64,000 nucleotides of DNA from Kondoa subrosea. Lineage: Eukaryota. Both the position numbers and the translations under genes were made by a program. This document shows positions 1 through 13,399 of this stretch, piece by piece. The notes beneath the pieces are model-generated. The model worked only from the letters and a program-made list of their open reading frames with translations. It was not told the DNA's origin and did not search any database. Where the stretch lies: NCBI GenBank assembly GCA_039545335.1, contig BCIN01000004.1, positions 124,001 through 188,000 on the forward strand. The letters are read 5' to 3'. Numbering within the stretch: the first letter of the stretch is position 1; each line of letters begins with the position of its first letter.

Positions 1-1207
1 ATGCCGGACAAACAGGTAAATCCTCTTCGTTTCCCAATTGATGTTTCTCGACCGACTTATAGCCAGTATCACCAGCGAAGAAGTAGCTTTTGTCGATGGA
101 TTTCACCACCCAAGAACTCCATAAGGACGATTGATGGTCAAATAGGCCTCTTCCAGATGCATGCTGCGAAGGGGTGCAGACGATAGAGTACTGTCCCTCT
201 TTGCTGTCTTTGATCTCAGCTGAATCCCACCAATCCATCTCATGCACGTTCGAATCAGCTGTAAGAGTCTTGACCAGTTTGGCTACTTTCAAAGGGACAA
301 AGAATTGTACAGGTCGATCTGAATGTTGCGAAGCGATGATGGTGCGTAAAGTTGGTAGATCTCTAAAGCGAACAGTATTAGCTCAGCAGAATACAAAAGC
401 GAGCAAAGACCTGCAAATGATCACTGTGCTCCCCACATAAATTTCGAGAGAAAGATTATCCACTGTGGAACACACTTACTAATGATTATGACTGATGCAG
501 ACCGCGTCAATCTCTGGTAGCTCTTGAGCTGTACAAGGTCTGCATAGGGAAGAAGCGCTGACTTCTACAGAGAGCAAGACAGACGTACGCTTTAGTAAAT
601 CGCGCTGGACCCATAAAGGAGAATGGCGAGCAGCGATGGGAAAGTATACTATACACGATCAGATTACCATTAATAAAGCATCAGCGATAGCTTACGGATC
701 AAATAAGACACGGAAACCTCTCTGCCCATCCTGTGAAGGGAACTCGACCAGGAAAGAAGCATGTCCCAGCTATTGTACGACGTCAGTAGGCTAGGTACGA
801 CAAAGATTACCTACTTACCCAAGTAGCCTTGAGTGATTTCGGTGCAGAAGTACCCCAATCGGGCTTGATTACTGGCACAAGATCTTCCAACGGGGGAATC
901 GGCTCGTTTCTGTCTTTCTCTTTCCATATATCCAATAGAACTATATAGCAGACAGTCAGATCAGACATTGAAGGGCTTCTCGTAACCGACTACGTCCATC
1001 TCTTGTCCGATCTCTACCGCCTCCATAATAGGAGGGCTGCAGATCTGTTAGCACAAGCTCATCTATGGACATGTTGCGCACCCATGGATTCTTGAAAGAT
1101 TTGTCAGGCAAATGATGCCGTTTATCGTTTTCGGATCTCTTGATTTGTACAGATGTAGCGGCCATCGCCAATTGTAGTGGTGCTACTCGAGTCAAGATGC
1201 GTTGCAT
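1..1207 (-). CDS. NAPE-PLD / FMP30-like metallo-beta-lactamase-fold phospholipase D (spliced, 3' end runs off window)
   Basis: Exons encode HH..SFKNPW, TWLGHASFLVEFP, VLFDP and IDAVCISHNH (start of the HxHxDH metal motif); short GT-AG introns. Confidence 0.8.
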
Positions 1208-2155
1208 GTAGAAGGAGAAGAGAAGAAAGCAAAGCCGAGTCAGGCGACCCTTTTGAATTATTAGGTAAGCGCGCCGCGGCAGTTGTGATGCGAAGCCTCA
1301 AGGCAGTAGTAGAGTAACGGCGAAAAAGAGGTGATTCGGCAGGCACAGAGAAGCTGAAAGCGTGTGATTGAACAAGACAACACTTTGCTGTTCAACTGTT
1401 GAAACTGTTGGCTGTTCCAAAGCAAAATACAAGCCAAATCGATGAATGATGGATTCCAAACAAAACAGCACAATCTATGATCTGCTTAGTCTTCTGCCGT
1501 TCATGCTCTTCTTACAATCCAAAGCGTATCGCCATCTTCTTCTCTACAGTCTGGGCTGCATGATGGGCGAGCAGGTCGGTTTCGCAAAACACGTTCAATC
1601 TAGAATTACCCATATATTCCTACTCCTAATACTCTTCCTCTCTTTCTTCATCCTCTCATACATCGGACTTGTCATACATTTACGAGATGTCCTCTCAGAC
1701 TGCCGTCAAAGTCGCTTCTTTCCCCTCACACATAGGGAAGACTCTCAGCGCTAAGCCTTTACTCCTTCACCTCACCGCGAGGAACGAGCCTGCATCAAAA
1801 ACCTCCTCTTCCGAGCCGCTCTTGGAACTACAAGAAGCTTTTGTTCGCTCAAAGGAATTTGACGAACTGAAAAGCAGGCGTCGGGTAATTCGAGCGAGGT
1901 TGGCGCTCATGACACATTGCAGTCATGCTCGGTACGCCCTCGTTGATAAAAAGGGCATTGATGGCTTACAAATATTTATAGGGAATATGTAGCGCTTTTG
2001 GTCGAGCTGATGAGGATAGAGATGGGTTTGGACTTCTTTTGGTCAGCAGAATAGCAATGCTGTTCAAGTCTGAACTTGAATGCAGAATTACATGTTTGCG
2101 ATTTTCTTACAATCCGCTCGCCTCTATTCTGTTCCTCTTTCATCTCTTTTACGGT

Positions 2156-4522
2156 TCAAAGTGCGATTGAGGCATATTTGACATCACTTGTGCCATAAGA
2201 GAGGCTCTTGACGAAAACTAAATTCGAGTCTCGAGAAGCTGCATCTGTTTCAAATAAGATCAGAAATCGCAACTATTGTTTGTGGCAAAACTTGCCGCTC
2301 GAGCTTGTAAAGATCCTCAAAGTCGAGGAATCCGATGCACTTGGGCTGTTCAAACCTGTAAGAGTTCCTTAAACTTGGCCCCAGAAGTCGACAAGGCAGG
2401 ATTTACCTGACAAGTCTTCTGCATGAGCGAATGCTGCGAAAAACCTCTTCCTGGTTGTGTCTGCATTCTCATCTTCATCTCTGTGCGGTGTTTGCAACTG
2501 TGCGGTTATTTGCCATTCTACCAAAGCGTTTCTAGGTAACTCGGTTACTCTGCAGACCAGTAAAGGTGTCTGTTCCCTAATCTTAGCACAAACGCATGTT
2601 ATTTGGTGTGGACTTACTGAATTATGTATTGAAGTGAAAATAGCGTTCGCAGCGCATTTCCTCGTTTCCCATTGTTCATCAGAACAGACGAGCCAGCAAA
2701 TAGCTCCTTCAAATTTACTTGCTGTTCGTGCATGCATGTCCAATGCCGCCTTCTGTACTCTAGTAGCATGTTGCAATGAAAGCACTAATTCGGTAGAGAA
2801 GGATTGAGGTGTTGGGAGTGTGAGTGTAGCTGGAAGTAACGCGATTTGACCAGCTATGAACAATCTAGTATCCGACTGTCGTGTCACCTCAGCAATCTCA
2901 GTCATAAGAGATTAGAACAAAGAAACGCACAAGATTAGCTTGAGAGTAAGGACCGATATTTGCTGGAGCCCAATAACTCATACTCTGGACATGCATCGTC
3001 TTCCTACTGCCTTGTTGTCGAATCACATCCATCTTGACTAATATTCCCGGTGGCAGATTTACCGCTACGCACGCACGAGTAGGCGGTTGCGAGCTGAAGA
3101 TTTCAAGGAAGGCTTTATTAAGTGAAGGGAAGTCTGACATGCTTGAAAGGTAGACATTGATATGCAGAAGATTAGCTAACGGTCCTCCATCTAGGGCGTG
3201 CAGTTTAGAGCTGCCCAAGGTTCTATACGGACAGACGGACCTAATATTTGCTTTAAACAGGACCGAGACTGAGATAATATGTCACTCGATAGATCGTGTG
3301 CCACTATATGCTTGACCAGCAAAGCAATGTCTGCATTCTCGTGAAGTACTTGTTCCGACGAAATCTGACCCGTCTGAAGCAGAGTAGAAGAGGAAGCAGT
3401 GTCCAGACTTCGAAGATCCGAGAATTCATCGTCGAGCAGAGGAGGAACCGTGACATTGTCGCGCCAGTCAGCAGAAGGCGAATCCTTGTCCACGAGCTTT
3501 GCTTCCTTGATGCGAAGATATGCGATGATGGAGTAATCGTCAGACCCAGGCGGTGACAGCATTACGACTTCAGTTTCGACTCTGTGTATGATTAGCAAGC
3601 AAGCAATTGACACTTCAGGAAAGACCTACAATTCTATCCGTTTCTTGAATAACGGACAATCCACAGTGAAGGTTTCGTATTCTCCGCCTTCGCCGCAAGG
3701 ATGTAATCTAAAGCGTTCATGCTGTTATGGCTGTAAGTGTAAGGAGCTGCGCAGTTCTAGAACAGAGCATACTAAATTCGTAAAAACAGCCATCATATTA
3801 TCGGAAGCGACGTTCTGACCGAGATGCTTGACACTCAATCCAGCTCCGGCGACTTTGATTATGGCACAATTCATGCCAGCTAACTGCATCTCACGCAAGA
3901 GATCGAATTGATCTCTTTGCCATAAAAACGCAAGAGCAGTCAAGCCTAATCGAGAGCAACTTGAGGAAAGTCAGACGTCTAAAAGATGGAAGAAGAGATG
4001 ACAGTAGCGCACATGTGTTCAACTCGCACTCTCTGGTAATTGCTCAGAATAGCCCCAACAGAAACAGCTTTAACATCTGGATGCTCCGACTGAAAAAGGG
4101 AAAAAGGGAAGGAAGGGTATAAGACAAAGCAAAAAGAAACAATATAGATGAGATGGGAGACGGACAAGAACTTGAGAAAGAAGCGCATGGAGATCTTCCG
4201 TCTCATCGCCATTGATTGCATTCCCGTATTCTGATTCTCGAGAAACAGCTTTGCCTTTGATCGTCCTTCGATAAAGAGGTAATTCCATAGCTTCCGCTAT
4301 CCAATGCACGCCATCTTGACCAACCGTTTGATACATATACGAATCGATTTCCTCTACAAGTAAAGCACATCAGCATGACTGCAGCGATAGAAGGCAATAC
4401 TGACCTTCCCCTTGAGGAGGTCTCAAACTAGCTAACGCAATAATCTCATGACCTTGCTTAACGCAATGACAGAGATTATAAACGCTATCTTTCCCACCAC
4501 TCAATAGTCCAACCACTTTCAT
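2156..4522 (-). CDS. DPH6: Diphthine--ammonia ligase with C-terminal RidA/YjgF-like domains
   Basis: MKVVGLLSGGKDS, MYQTVG, GAILSNYQRVRVE, HPCGEGGEYETFTVDCPLF, then PPTRACVAV, MHVQSMSYWAPANIGPYSQA and ELPRNALVEW. Confidence 0.92.
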
Positions 4523-5416
4523 TTCGATTATAACCCTGTAAATGTACCTCGTCAACTATGGTCCGCCATTCATTTCAACAAAAAAGAGATCAGTAGAAGA
4601 CCTCAAACAGAGAGGGATAGAGTTTCTAGCAGTCACGCAATTGGATTGCGTTTATCGTTCGAGCGTATGGTATCATTTAGCGCTGGACGGATGGTAAGCT
4701 GCGGGTTTTGAGAGAGAAGTTTGAAAAACATGGATTCATGCAAATTTGCTTCGAGCAAACAAGATGTTGAGATCGGTGTACGCCGAATGTAGAACATAGG
4801 AGGTAGGTAGAAGGAAGACACCAGTGAACAGCGAAACGCAGCTTACGATAAGTGACTGCTGCTGGTCAACTGAGCGCAATTTTCGAATGAATGATAGGCG
4901 CGCGAATGGGACGAAAGATACTCGAGATTGCTACCGCACTGCTGTGCGATTCATGTCAACGGTATACAAGCATCTGAACAGCAATCCTTCTAATCAATCC
5001 TTTGCTTAAGTAATCCGTCATGCTTGTTTGAGCAGCCTCTTTCCCGCTTCTCCTGCGCATTCTCTTCATATCGTAGACAGCAGGTATCTCGAACGTGTGC
5101 AGCCTGATCTGAAGATGGAGCTGGGGAACCTTATCACCAAACAACATTGCTGAGTATAGATTGTCAGCGTGCACTGAAGTATACCAGCAACATTCGCCGA
5201 TATAATGATGATGAAGAGATGTGAGATAGACACAGAAGAGGGTGTGACCAATAGAATCAGCAATAGACAGAATCGAGAAGGCAGAAGTAGTACGAGCAAG
5301 AAAAATAGCAGAACTAGACTTGAAGAGTGCTTGAATATTATCTTGACATGTATTGTACAGCTTCCTAGTATCTCTAGGAAGAAAATTACAGCATATTTTC
5401 GATTGCTTGGCAAAAA

Positions 5417-6373
5417 TCATGCGACTGGTGCTTCACTCCAAGGGTATGTTAAAGGTGGGTCCTGACAGACACTTAATGAGCTCTTATGACTTTACAGTAA
5501 AGATCTGGTGGAACTCACATCTCTCCTTCGCCAGAACGATTTCCTATGATGTGATAATCAGCAGAGCTCAAATGGAGCAACGAGGAAGGGCTTACTTTTG
5601 TTTCGTAGTGACATTCGTGCACCAAACATTGACGCAATACTTGGCCTTATAATCTCGTATGAAGCGTGGATCCCTTTATGTAGTAGTTCAGCACGATTCC
5701 ACTCAGCTTACACAATAGCAGCTCACCACAACTCTGAGGCGATCCCTAAATCTTTACAACACCTCATTAGTGCATTCGATTTACATCCTTCTGTTGCTGT
5801 CGCTACTCCATCGGCACTGAAGAAATCTTGTTCCCCTCTAGCAATACTGACCAGCCTGTTTACATTCTCAGCTTCATCTCTCATCTCTGGTAACATATAG
5901 ACGTACTGTCCATTCGCTATCAAAGCATACTCCCTAGACACCTGTTTACCAGTCACTAAACTTTCACCTCGAGGTGCTAAACCCCAAGCACCAGGACCAA
6001 AAGCTTTATTGAGTATCCTGCGATACTTGATTTCCGGTAAATAAAGGATCCCATCAGGTTTGATTTCCACATCCACTGGAGCCAAAGGTGCTAGTAAGAT
6101 TGCAGCTGATTCTGGTTTGAAAGCTTTTGAAGCTAAACCTGCGAAAGAAACTGACCAATCTTGTTGTTGCTGTTGCTGTTTAGGTGAAGGTAGAGTAGAA
6201 GTATCTGGTAAAGGTGTAGAAGGCTGAGGTACGGTTTTATTCGATTGAGCTGGAGGTTCCTGCGTTGAAGTTGCGTTGGTTGACGGGGATGAGGAGGTTG
6301 AAGCCTGCCTGATGAATTGTGTTGCTATTGCAGAAGTACTTCTAGTGCATCGATGCAGAAACAAGGCAGTCAT
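5417..6373 (-). CDS. MGM101: Mitochondrial genome maintenance protein Mgm101 (Rad52-like)
   Basis: [35 protein letters not shown] and [30 protein letters not shown]-terminus resembles a mitochondrial presequence. Confidence 0.93.
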
Positions 6374-6431
6374 CGTCACCGTGTCAGATCAAGCTTGTGC
6401 ATTATTATTTACGCTCTCTTCTCCTTGAGCC

Positions 6432-8302
6432 ATGAGGTCCTCTGTGTATATTCAAAGCGTACAGGCTGCGTCGAGCTCGCAAGAAGGCATCACTCTGGCT
6501 GCTCTGTTCAGCTTACATGATGGACATCTGGCTTCATTGGTCAATACACTTCAAGTCAATTGGAGAGATGTATGCTCTGTCATCGCTGCTCTGCTGTTTA
6601 CTCCTCGTTCTCAATTACTGCGTTACTTAGGCGATTCCTCCAAACATTCTGGGAGGAAAGAAATATCCTTGGGCTGAAATGGTTCATCTCACTTTCCCAC
6701 ATCTAATGTTCGCTTGAGCTCACCAGGAAGTACACGAGAACAGGTGATAGCTCATATTGAAGTCATTCTCTGTTCAAATCAAATACCAGAATCCTCGCGT
6801 CTACCGGATTATGAACAGAATCCAATAGTAGCATACGATGTTCAAGCTAAACTCGTTTCGTACGTTTCACACAATCTACTATACAGACAAGGATTACAGT
6901 CTTACGAAGTGATGGATACGTACAGCGCTTTCTTAAGATGGTTCTCTTCAGCTAATAACAATCGTTGGGCTTTACCTATTCTATGGACAATATGTACAGA
7001 CTTGCGAGAACTAGCGATAGAGGTGATGCGGTACACTTTTCCCTCAGTTTCTGGACTGATGAAAAAGCCTGCTCCATCACAGGCAGATCAAGCTTTAGTT
7101 CGAACGGGCGCAAAACCGAGTAAACTGGAAGAAGCTGCTTCAAGGCATTTGTTGAAAGCGTTCAGTGCTTGTGCATCGGATAGGTCAGCTTATAACCTAT
7201 TGCGATGGTTGATGAAACCTGATGTGATAGCGTGGTTTGACAGAGGAGGAGTTTTGGAGACTTCTAGACGTTGGGGAACTTATTCTATTGCTTCATTACT
7301 GTTCAAGACTTATTTCCGCGTACGTCTTGCTCGTCAATATTGCTTTAGCCGCAATAATGCTTGACGGGGGTGTACAGCTCAAGGCATTGGCGTTATGCAA
7401 AAACATCAGAAGAGCGATAGAATCAGCAAATGATTTACCACCTCTATCTGAGTTTCCGAGAGGGGATCAAGTAGCTTATCGATATCATATGGGCGTCTTT
7501 GCTTTCCTCAACGAGAATTTCATTCAGGTTCGTTTGCTCCTTACCTCTGACATCGTCAAAGTTGTGACGAATGCTAGACCAACAGGCAGAAGAAGACTTA
7601 GCATTCGCTTTGGATCTCTGTCCACCCTCGCCAAAGTTTACTAAAAACCGCGAGTCAGTCAACCTTCTTCGCGTGTTGCAATATTTTGCTTAGCGAGAGT
7701 GAATGAATGACAGACTAATCTTAACCTACCTCATACCGATCCGCCTCACGCGTGGTGTATTGCCCTCTTCAATCTTGTTACAACCGCATGCCAACCTCAA
7801 AGAAATCTATGAACCTTTCAGAGAATCGATTCTAGCTGGAGATCTGAGATCATTTGATTCGACACTCGTTTGGGCAGAAAAACGGTTATTGTCAAAGGGT
7901 ACTTATTTAGCTGTTGAATCTTCGAGAGAGATCTGTTTAAGAAGATTACTGAAGAAAATGTACGTTCCCTTTGACGCTGTTCGATGTTGATGGAGATTGA
8001 TGGGAAAGGGAAATAGATGGTTATCTCAACAAGGCCAAACTAGATTGAATATGGATATTTTCGCCAAAGGATTACGATATGTTGGAATTGAAGTCGATAG
8101 TGAGGAAGTGGAATGTATATTAGCTAACATGATTTTCAAGGTACGTTTCTGTTCTCCTCTTGATTCGAAGAGGATATGAAAGTGACTGTTTGTATGCGTA
8201 TAGGGATATATCAAAGGTTATTTAAGTCATACGCAGCAGAAAGTCGTGCTGAGCGCGAAGAACCCGTTTCCTCTACTACCAGCGCCTCAGGTTCAAGGAT
8301 GA
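6432..8302 (+). CDS. PCI-domain protein, CSN12/PCID2/THP1 family
   Basis: WALPILWTICTDLRELA, LFKTYFR, LPPLSEFPRGDQVAYRYHMG, LILTYLIPIRL, EEVECILANMI..GYIKGYLSH..KVVLS.KNPFP. Confidence 0.85.
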
Positions 8303-8539
8303 GGCTTATATTGTACATTGATTGTGCGAATATTATCTTCTGGATCAACCTACCTTTTCCTATCAATCGATCGGTCTAGTCGGAATCCATTTTAATGGAG
8401 CTGAAAGCAGAAGCTCGGCAACATTGCTCCCGCTTAAGTACTAAAGCATGTCCATTGGGTCTGAGGTCAATCAATTCATGATGCAGACAAATGTTCGACA
8501 ATGCTGAGCAATTTACATATATGTACAAGAGGGAGCGCA

Positions 8540-11336
8540 TCAGTACTCGAAGCCTTGTAGATTGAGAGGATTCTTGGGATCAAACTTGGGCACCGGCTTT
8601 TCAGTATCCTCGACAAGGTAGACGTCTGTGCATAAGTCCGTCAGAGATCTGTCTTGTTCCTACTTCTTTCGAGAATGAGCCGACGTACATGGCGCAAGAT
8701 CGTCAGATCCAGATACATCCCACTGAGCTTTACCGTCCCCTAAATATAGGAATTGCTCTGGACCATCTTGACTATCGATTGGAGTCCAGTCAAAGTGCTG
8801 AAAAGCGACATTATCAGGCGCTGTCAAGCCTACTCAAGAAAGCAACTTACTTCCCATCTTGGATTCTTCATGGCTTCCATCAAGTGTAAAGATGTACCAC
8901 ACCTGCACAGCGAAGACTAAATCACAACATGTCATTTCGAAGGTCCAGCTTCACTTACCAAATAGCTCGAATCTTGCCATCCTGATGATGCGGTCAGTCC
9001 GCTCGCTACACTATGCTGTAGAAAACGACGAGACACACTTTTGTACCGCCTTTGTACCAAGAACTACATTCTTGCTGATGAACAGTGCGTTTGAGATAGT
9101 GATCGGCATAAGCCATTAGATTGTTGACGCAGTGTTCTTTGACCACAACGGCCTTGTATCTTTCCCGTTGCATCTTCAATATGAATTTCTGCTACTTTGT
9201 TAGCATATTCTCCGACCACTACGGAATACTTACTAGAATATGATCCATGATCTTTTCTTGTCCGACTAAGAACTCTCCATTGAACGAACTCAGCAGTGGC
9301 GATCCTATGGAGAAATAGTTGGGCATCTTGGGTGCATGAGCGACAAAGTATGCGCGAGGGTTTTTGAGGTATTCTTCACTGTTCAAACTGAACCCATCCA
9401 GACCAGTGGTTTGGAAAGGCGGAGCAAAGTTGGTATTGTAGCCGGTAGCAAAGATGATTGCGTCACTTGACGAGTCCGTAAGTAGAGTTGCACCATAGAG
9501 CAAGTCGCGCAACTCACTATTCACGTTCGACGCCTTTAGTGTCGATCAGACCAGTTGGGGTCAGTTCAGCTACACCAGCTCGTATAACATCAACGTTGTC
9601 TTCCTGAATTGCTCGATGATAGGCGACGCCAGGTGTAGCTCTTCTACAGCCTGCGATGATGCGTAGAAGATGAAAATGAGCTCAAGCAATTCGAATTGCT
9701 GGACCCGCACCTGGATCCCAATTTGGCGTGAATATCTCAATCAGATCAGGCTTTTTGGCTGTATCAACGAGGCAATTAATTACTGAAGGAGAACGAAGTT
9801 GCAGATTGGGGCATACTGAGCTTCTGTCGAGTTGCTTCGATGACTGCGTCGCGGAATTGTTGCGATGTTTCACTACCTTCGTGCGTCAGACCTAATGCAA
9901 AAGCGCCGTTGGTAGATGTGAGAATGTCTTTGCGATGTTTCAAAAGCGTTTCTGGCTTCTCTTTCCACATTCTGCGATCGGCATCAGTATACCAAGGATT
10001 GATCGTGTCTGGATCTTCATTACTAAACGGAGTTGAGTTCTCTGTACAGCAGACAGAACCAGACACTTACGTGAAAGCATGCAGAGGGTCCTGTGTTGTG
10101 TCGATGCCAAAGTATGCATCGCGCACTTCATGACTGATGGAGCAGATCAGCAACGGATACTGGAATGCTTTTCCCACGGACCTGAACATGGGGATGATCC
10201 ACTGTAGCATGCAAGTGTGTGAAAGTGAGCTATATGAAGTTCGCGGTTCGTAGGCAGCAACGTACAGTCGAACTTCTGATGTAATTATCGAGATGCCCAA
10301 CCTGTGATTGGATTTGAGGCAGAATCTGAATAGCGCTTGAGCCTGCTCCAATCAAGGCAACACGTTTGCCCTTCAAATCGACAGAGCGCCAGTATGCAGA
10401 ATGCAAGAGCTGGCATATTTGCTCAGCAACGACCACTATGCAGAGATGATACTGACTTCGCCTTTGAACTTGTCCATGCCTGGAATCTTTGGCCACTTTG
10501 GCTGCGATAGAATGCCTTTATAGATACACGAATATTAAATGTAATGTTTGGACCTAACGCGAGCGATCTTACCTCCAGCATTGACAATAACATTGGCTTC
10601 ATCTGTGAATTTCCCACCAGTCGCCGCATCGGAGAGCTTGAGCTTCCACTTGCTGGCTTCATCATCCCATTCGACGCTCTCAACGGTAGTCTTGAATCGA
10701 GTAAGTTCTCGAATATTGGTTAGTGTAGCCAAATGGTTGCAGTAATCGAGGCAATCGCTGCCAGCCGCTTGAAAACGAGACCAGCCTGTCCAAGGCTGAT
10801 CCACTTGTCAGTATAGAGCCAAGCCTTGATTGGGAGACTCACAGCCCAAGATAAAGTATAAGCCACACTGGGACTATCTACTGCAACTCCCGGATATCTG
10901 TTCGAATACCTGTTGTGATGCTATTAGAGCTAGGCCAACTAGTGCGAGAACAGAGCTGACCAAGTTCCTCCAACATCGCTAGGGAATGATCAATCTTTGT
11001 CAATGTAACCAGCATTTCACTTACGCATTACGATCATAGACCTGAAGATCGATACCAGGTCCAACTATGCCGGACATCGTTAGCTGAACATATTGCAATC
11101 TCCCGAACGCAAGGGAGCAAACATTGCTAGGCATTTCAAAGCATGAGCACACTGAATGTATGAGAGTGAAGGTAGCACTGACTGTTACACGCGCTGCCAG
11201 ATGAATGCCAGAAAGTCCGGCTCTATAGCAGATTGTTAGCTAACCAGGCGCTGCAAATACGCTTTGCTGACCCAATGCAAACAACCCGGAAATCGCGTGC
11301 ATGATTAATTGGCTGATCTAACGTTTCGAAAACCAT
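8540..11336 (-). CDS. Flavin-containing monooxygenase, Baeyer-Villiger (BVMO) type, many introns
   Basis: VVCIG-AG-SG Rossmann motif, GGTW..NRYPGVAVD, FKG...LHSAYW fingerprint, KRVALIGAGSSAIQILP, DAIIFATGY. Confidence 0.88.
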
Positions 11337-11514
11337 GCTGATGCAGTGACCTGGATACGGTCTGCACGAGGGGAAGTTCAGGTAAAACTTCACATGCGCA
11401 ATTACCCCACAAGATGAAAGAGCGGGGATTTGCCGAGAACTGGATGCATTGCTGCCCTTTCCTCTTCTGGTCCGTCCAGTAGTCTTTTAGTAAGAGAGCA
11501 GCTCCCGAAGAAGT

Positions 11515-12681
11515 ATGACCTCCGAACGTAAAACATCAGAATGGGAGAAGCAAGATCCGCAATATGAGGCTTTCTTTAAAGATGACAACAATCGCGTCCT
11601 GTACGAGCTGCTGCAAGGCGAAGTACCAGAAATACGAAGTCGCTTGAAGATGATTGGAGATGCAGCACCTGTACCCAACATCGATGACCTAAAAGTGGAG
11701 ATGATTGATGCCGGTTCCTTTCAAGTGTTGCTTTACCGAGCCAAAGAATCCACTGGAAAGCTACCTGTTGTGATCGCTTTGCATGGAGGTATGCTGAGAG
11801 TGCATCGGCTGTCAATCGCTTCGCTCAGGCCATCTACAGGCGGCTTTATCTGTGGAAGTGTTTACAACGAACACGCTACCTCGATTGCATTTGCCAGAGC
11901 TGGATTTGCAGTAGCCAATATCGAATACAGATTGTGAGTGCCGAGTCTAGAGAAGGCTGCTGCTGATCACTCAGCCTGTAGAGCTCCAGAGCACATTTTC
12001 CCAGCCGCTGCAGAAGATGCTATGGCTAGTCTGGATTGGGTGAGTTGATTTGGACCACAGCGTCGGTATTTGCTTACTTCGCGTCCAGGTTATCGCCAAT
12101 GCGGACAAGTACAAATTGGACAACCAAAACATTCTTGTATACGGTACTAGTGCTGGCGGCAATCTAGCAGCAGTGACAGCGCAATACGCTCGAGACAAGT
12201 CCATCAAACTTTCTGGCCAGCTTCTTCGCGTTCCGACACTTTGTAGTCCAGAGGTTTTCCCAAAAGATCGATACGCCTACGAGAGCAGCGACTCGATGAA
12301 AGAAGGACCAATTCTAGGTCAAGCTGAATTGCTCTACTGCTTGAACACCTATTTCACCGGAGGCGATGCCAAAGATTACCGATTATCACCACTTTTAGGC
12401 AATCTGAAGAATCTTGCTCCAGCATATATTGAAATTGCTGGTCGTGATCGTTCGTACTATCCACGACTGTCTACCAAGGCACTGATTTCCGCTTGCAGCA
12501 CTCCGCGATGACGCTTTGGCCTATGTGCAGGAATTGAAGCAGGCTGGCGTACCAGTAGAGCATCGGGTCTTCAATGGTGTACCGCATGCTTTCTCGATTC
12601 TCCCCTTCGATGCTGGTGTACAAGCAGAACAGGCAATGATAGCCCAAGCGAAGAGGATGGCAGGGCTCTGAGGGCATGTAA
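11515..12681 (+). CDS. Alpha/beta hydrolase, hormone-sensitive-lipase-like esterase
   Basis: HGGGF oxyanion motif across an intron, EYR-APEH, GTSAGGNL nucleophile elbow, GRD-LRDD, GVPHAF. Confidence 0.88.
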
Positions 12682-13399
12682 CCAAAATTGTATAAGAAAT
12701 GCGGTTGACAAAGATGTATAGCAAAGGCAAGACGAAGGCAAACCTTCGCACATCTACACACAACACGAAAACGTAGACAGAATGACGAAAGGGAGGTATA
12801 GGACGAGAAAGAGCTCGATGGACATGCGCTGAATGGCACATATACAAGCAGCAGTAGCATTGAGAGACCCAGCTTCGCTAAAGCTGGTACGACATATCAG
12901 GATGCCTTATAGCTTTCTCAGGATGAGATTCGCCCAAGCAACTATCGCTTTCAACTATTCCTGAATGCATGAGTTCTTCTGTCAAGAGTTATCAATGTTT
13001 TTGTGTCATTCTGTCGAAATATGTAGACCTATTTCATATCTGTTCCAGGCGTGTGATATTATCGAGTTCTGGTATTGCACTTCTGGCTGCTTCGGATCAA
13101 GAGAAGCCTTTCATTGTTGAATTGCGAATGCCACAGTCGAAGTGACAGCAGCTCGCGAATCCTGGATGTATGCCCTGAGCTTGGCTATCTATCGTTCTTG
13201 TCGCGAAAACGTGTTTGATGGAATGGCTAGATTTCGTCAAGGTCCGCTGAAGCAGTCTGTTCGCTTATTTAAAGGATTTTGATGTGTTTTGATGAGCCGG
13301 GAGCAGTAGCTAATCAGTAGGAATTGAAGCAGTATAACCATCCATTTTATACATGTCTATCTATGCAAGCTATCAACCCAGAAGTTTACAATTATATCA

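Noticed and set aside
1261..2050. Short hydrophobic ORFs between the NAPE-PLD-like gene and DPH6
   Set aside because: No recognisable motif or convincing spliced model.
4633..5420. Possible small spliced membrane-protein gene on the minus strand
   Set aside because: One plausible intron but no clear start or family similarity; may be the MGM101 3' UTR.
6161..6181. CAG/CAA repeat in MGM101
   Set aside because: Ordinary short polyQ in a low-complexity linker.
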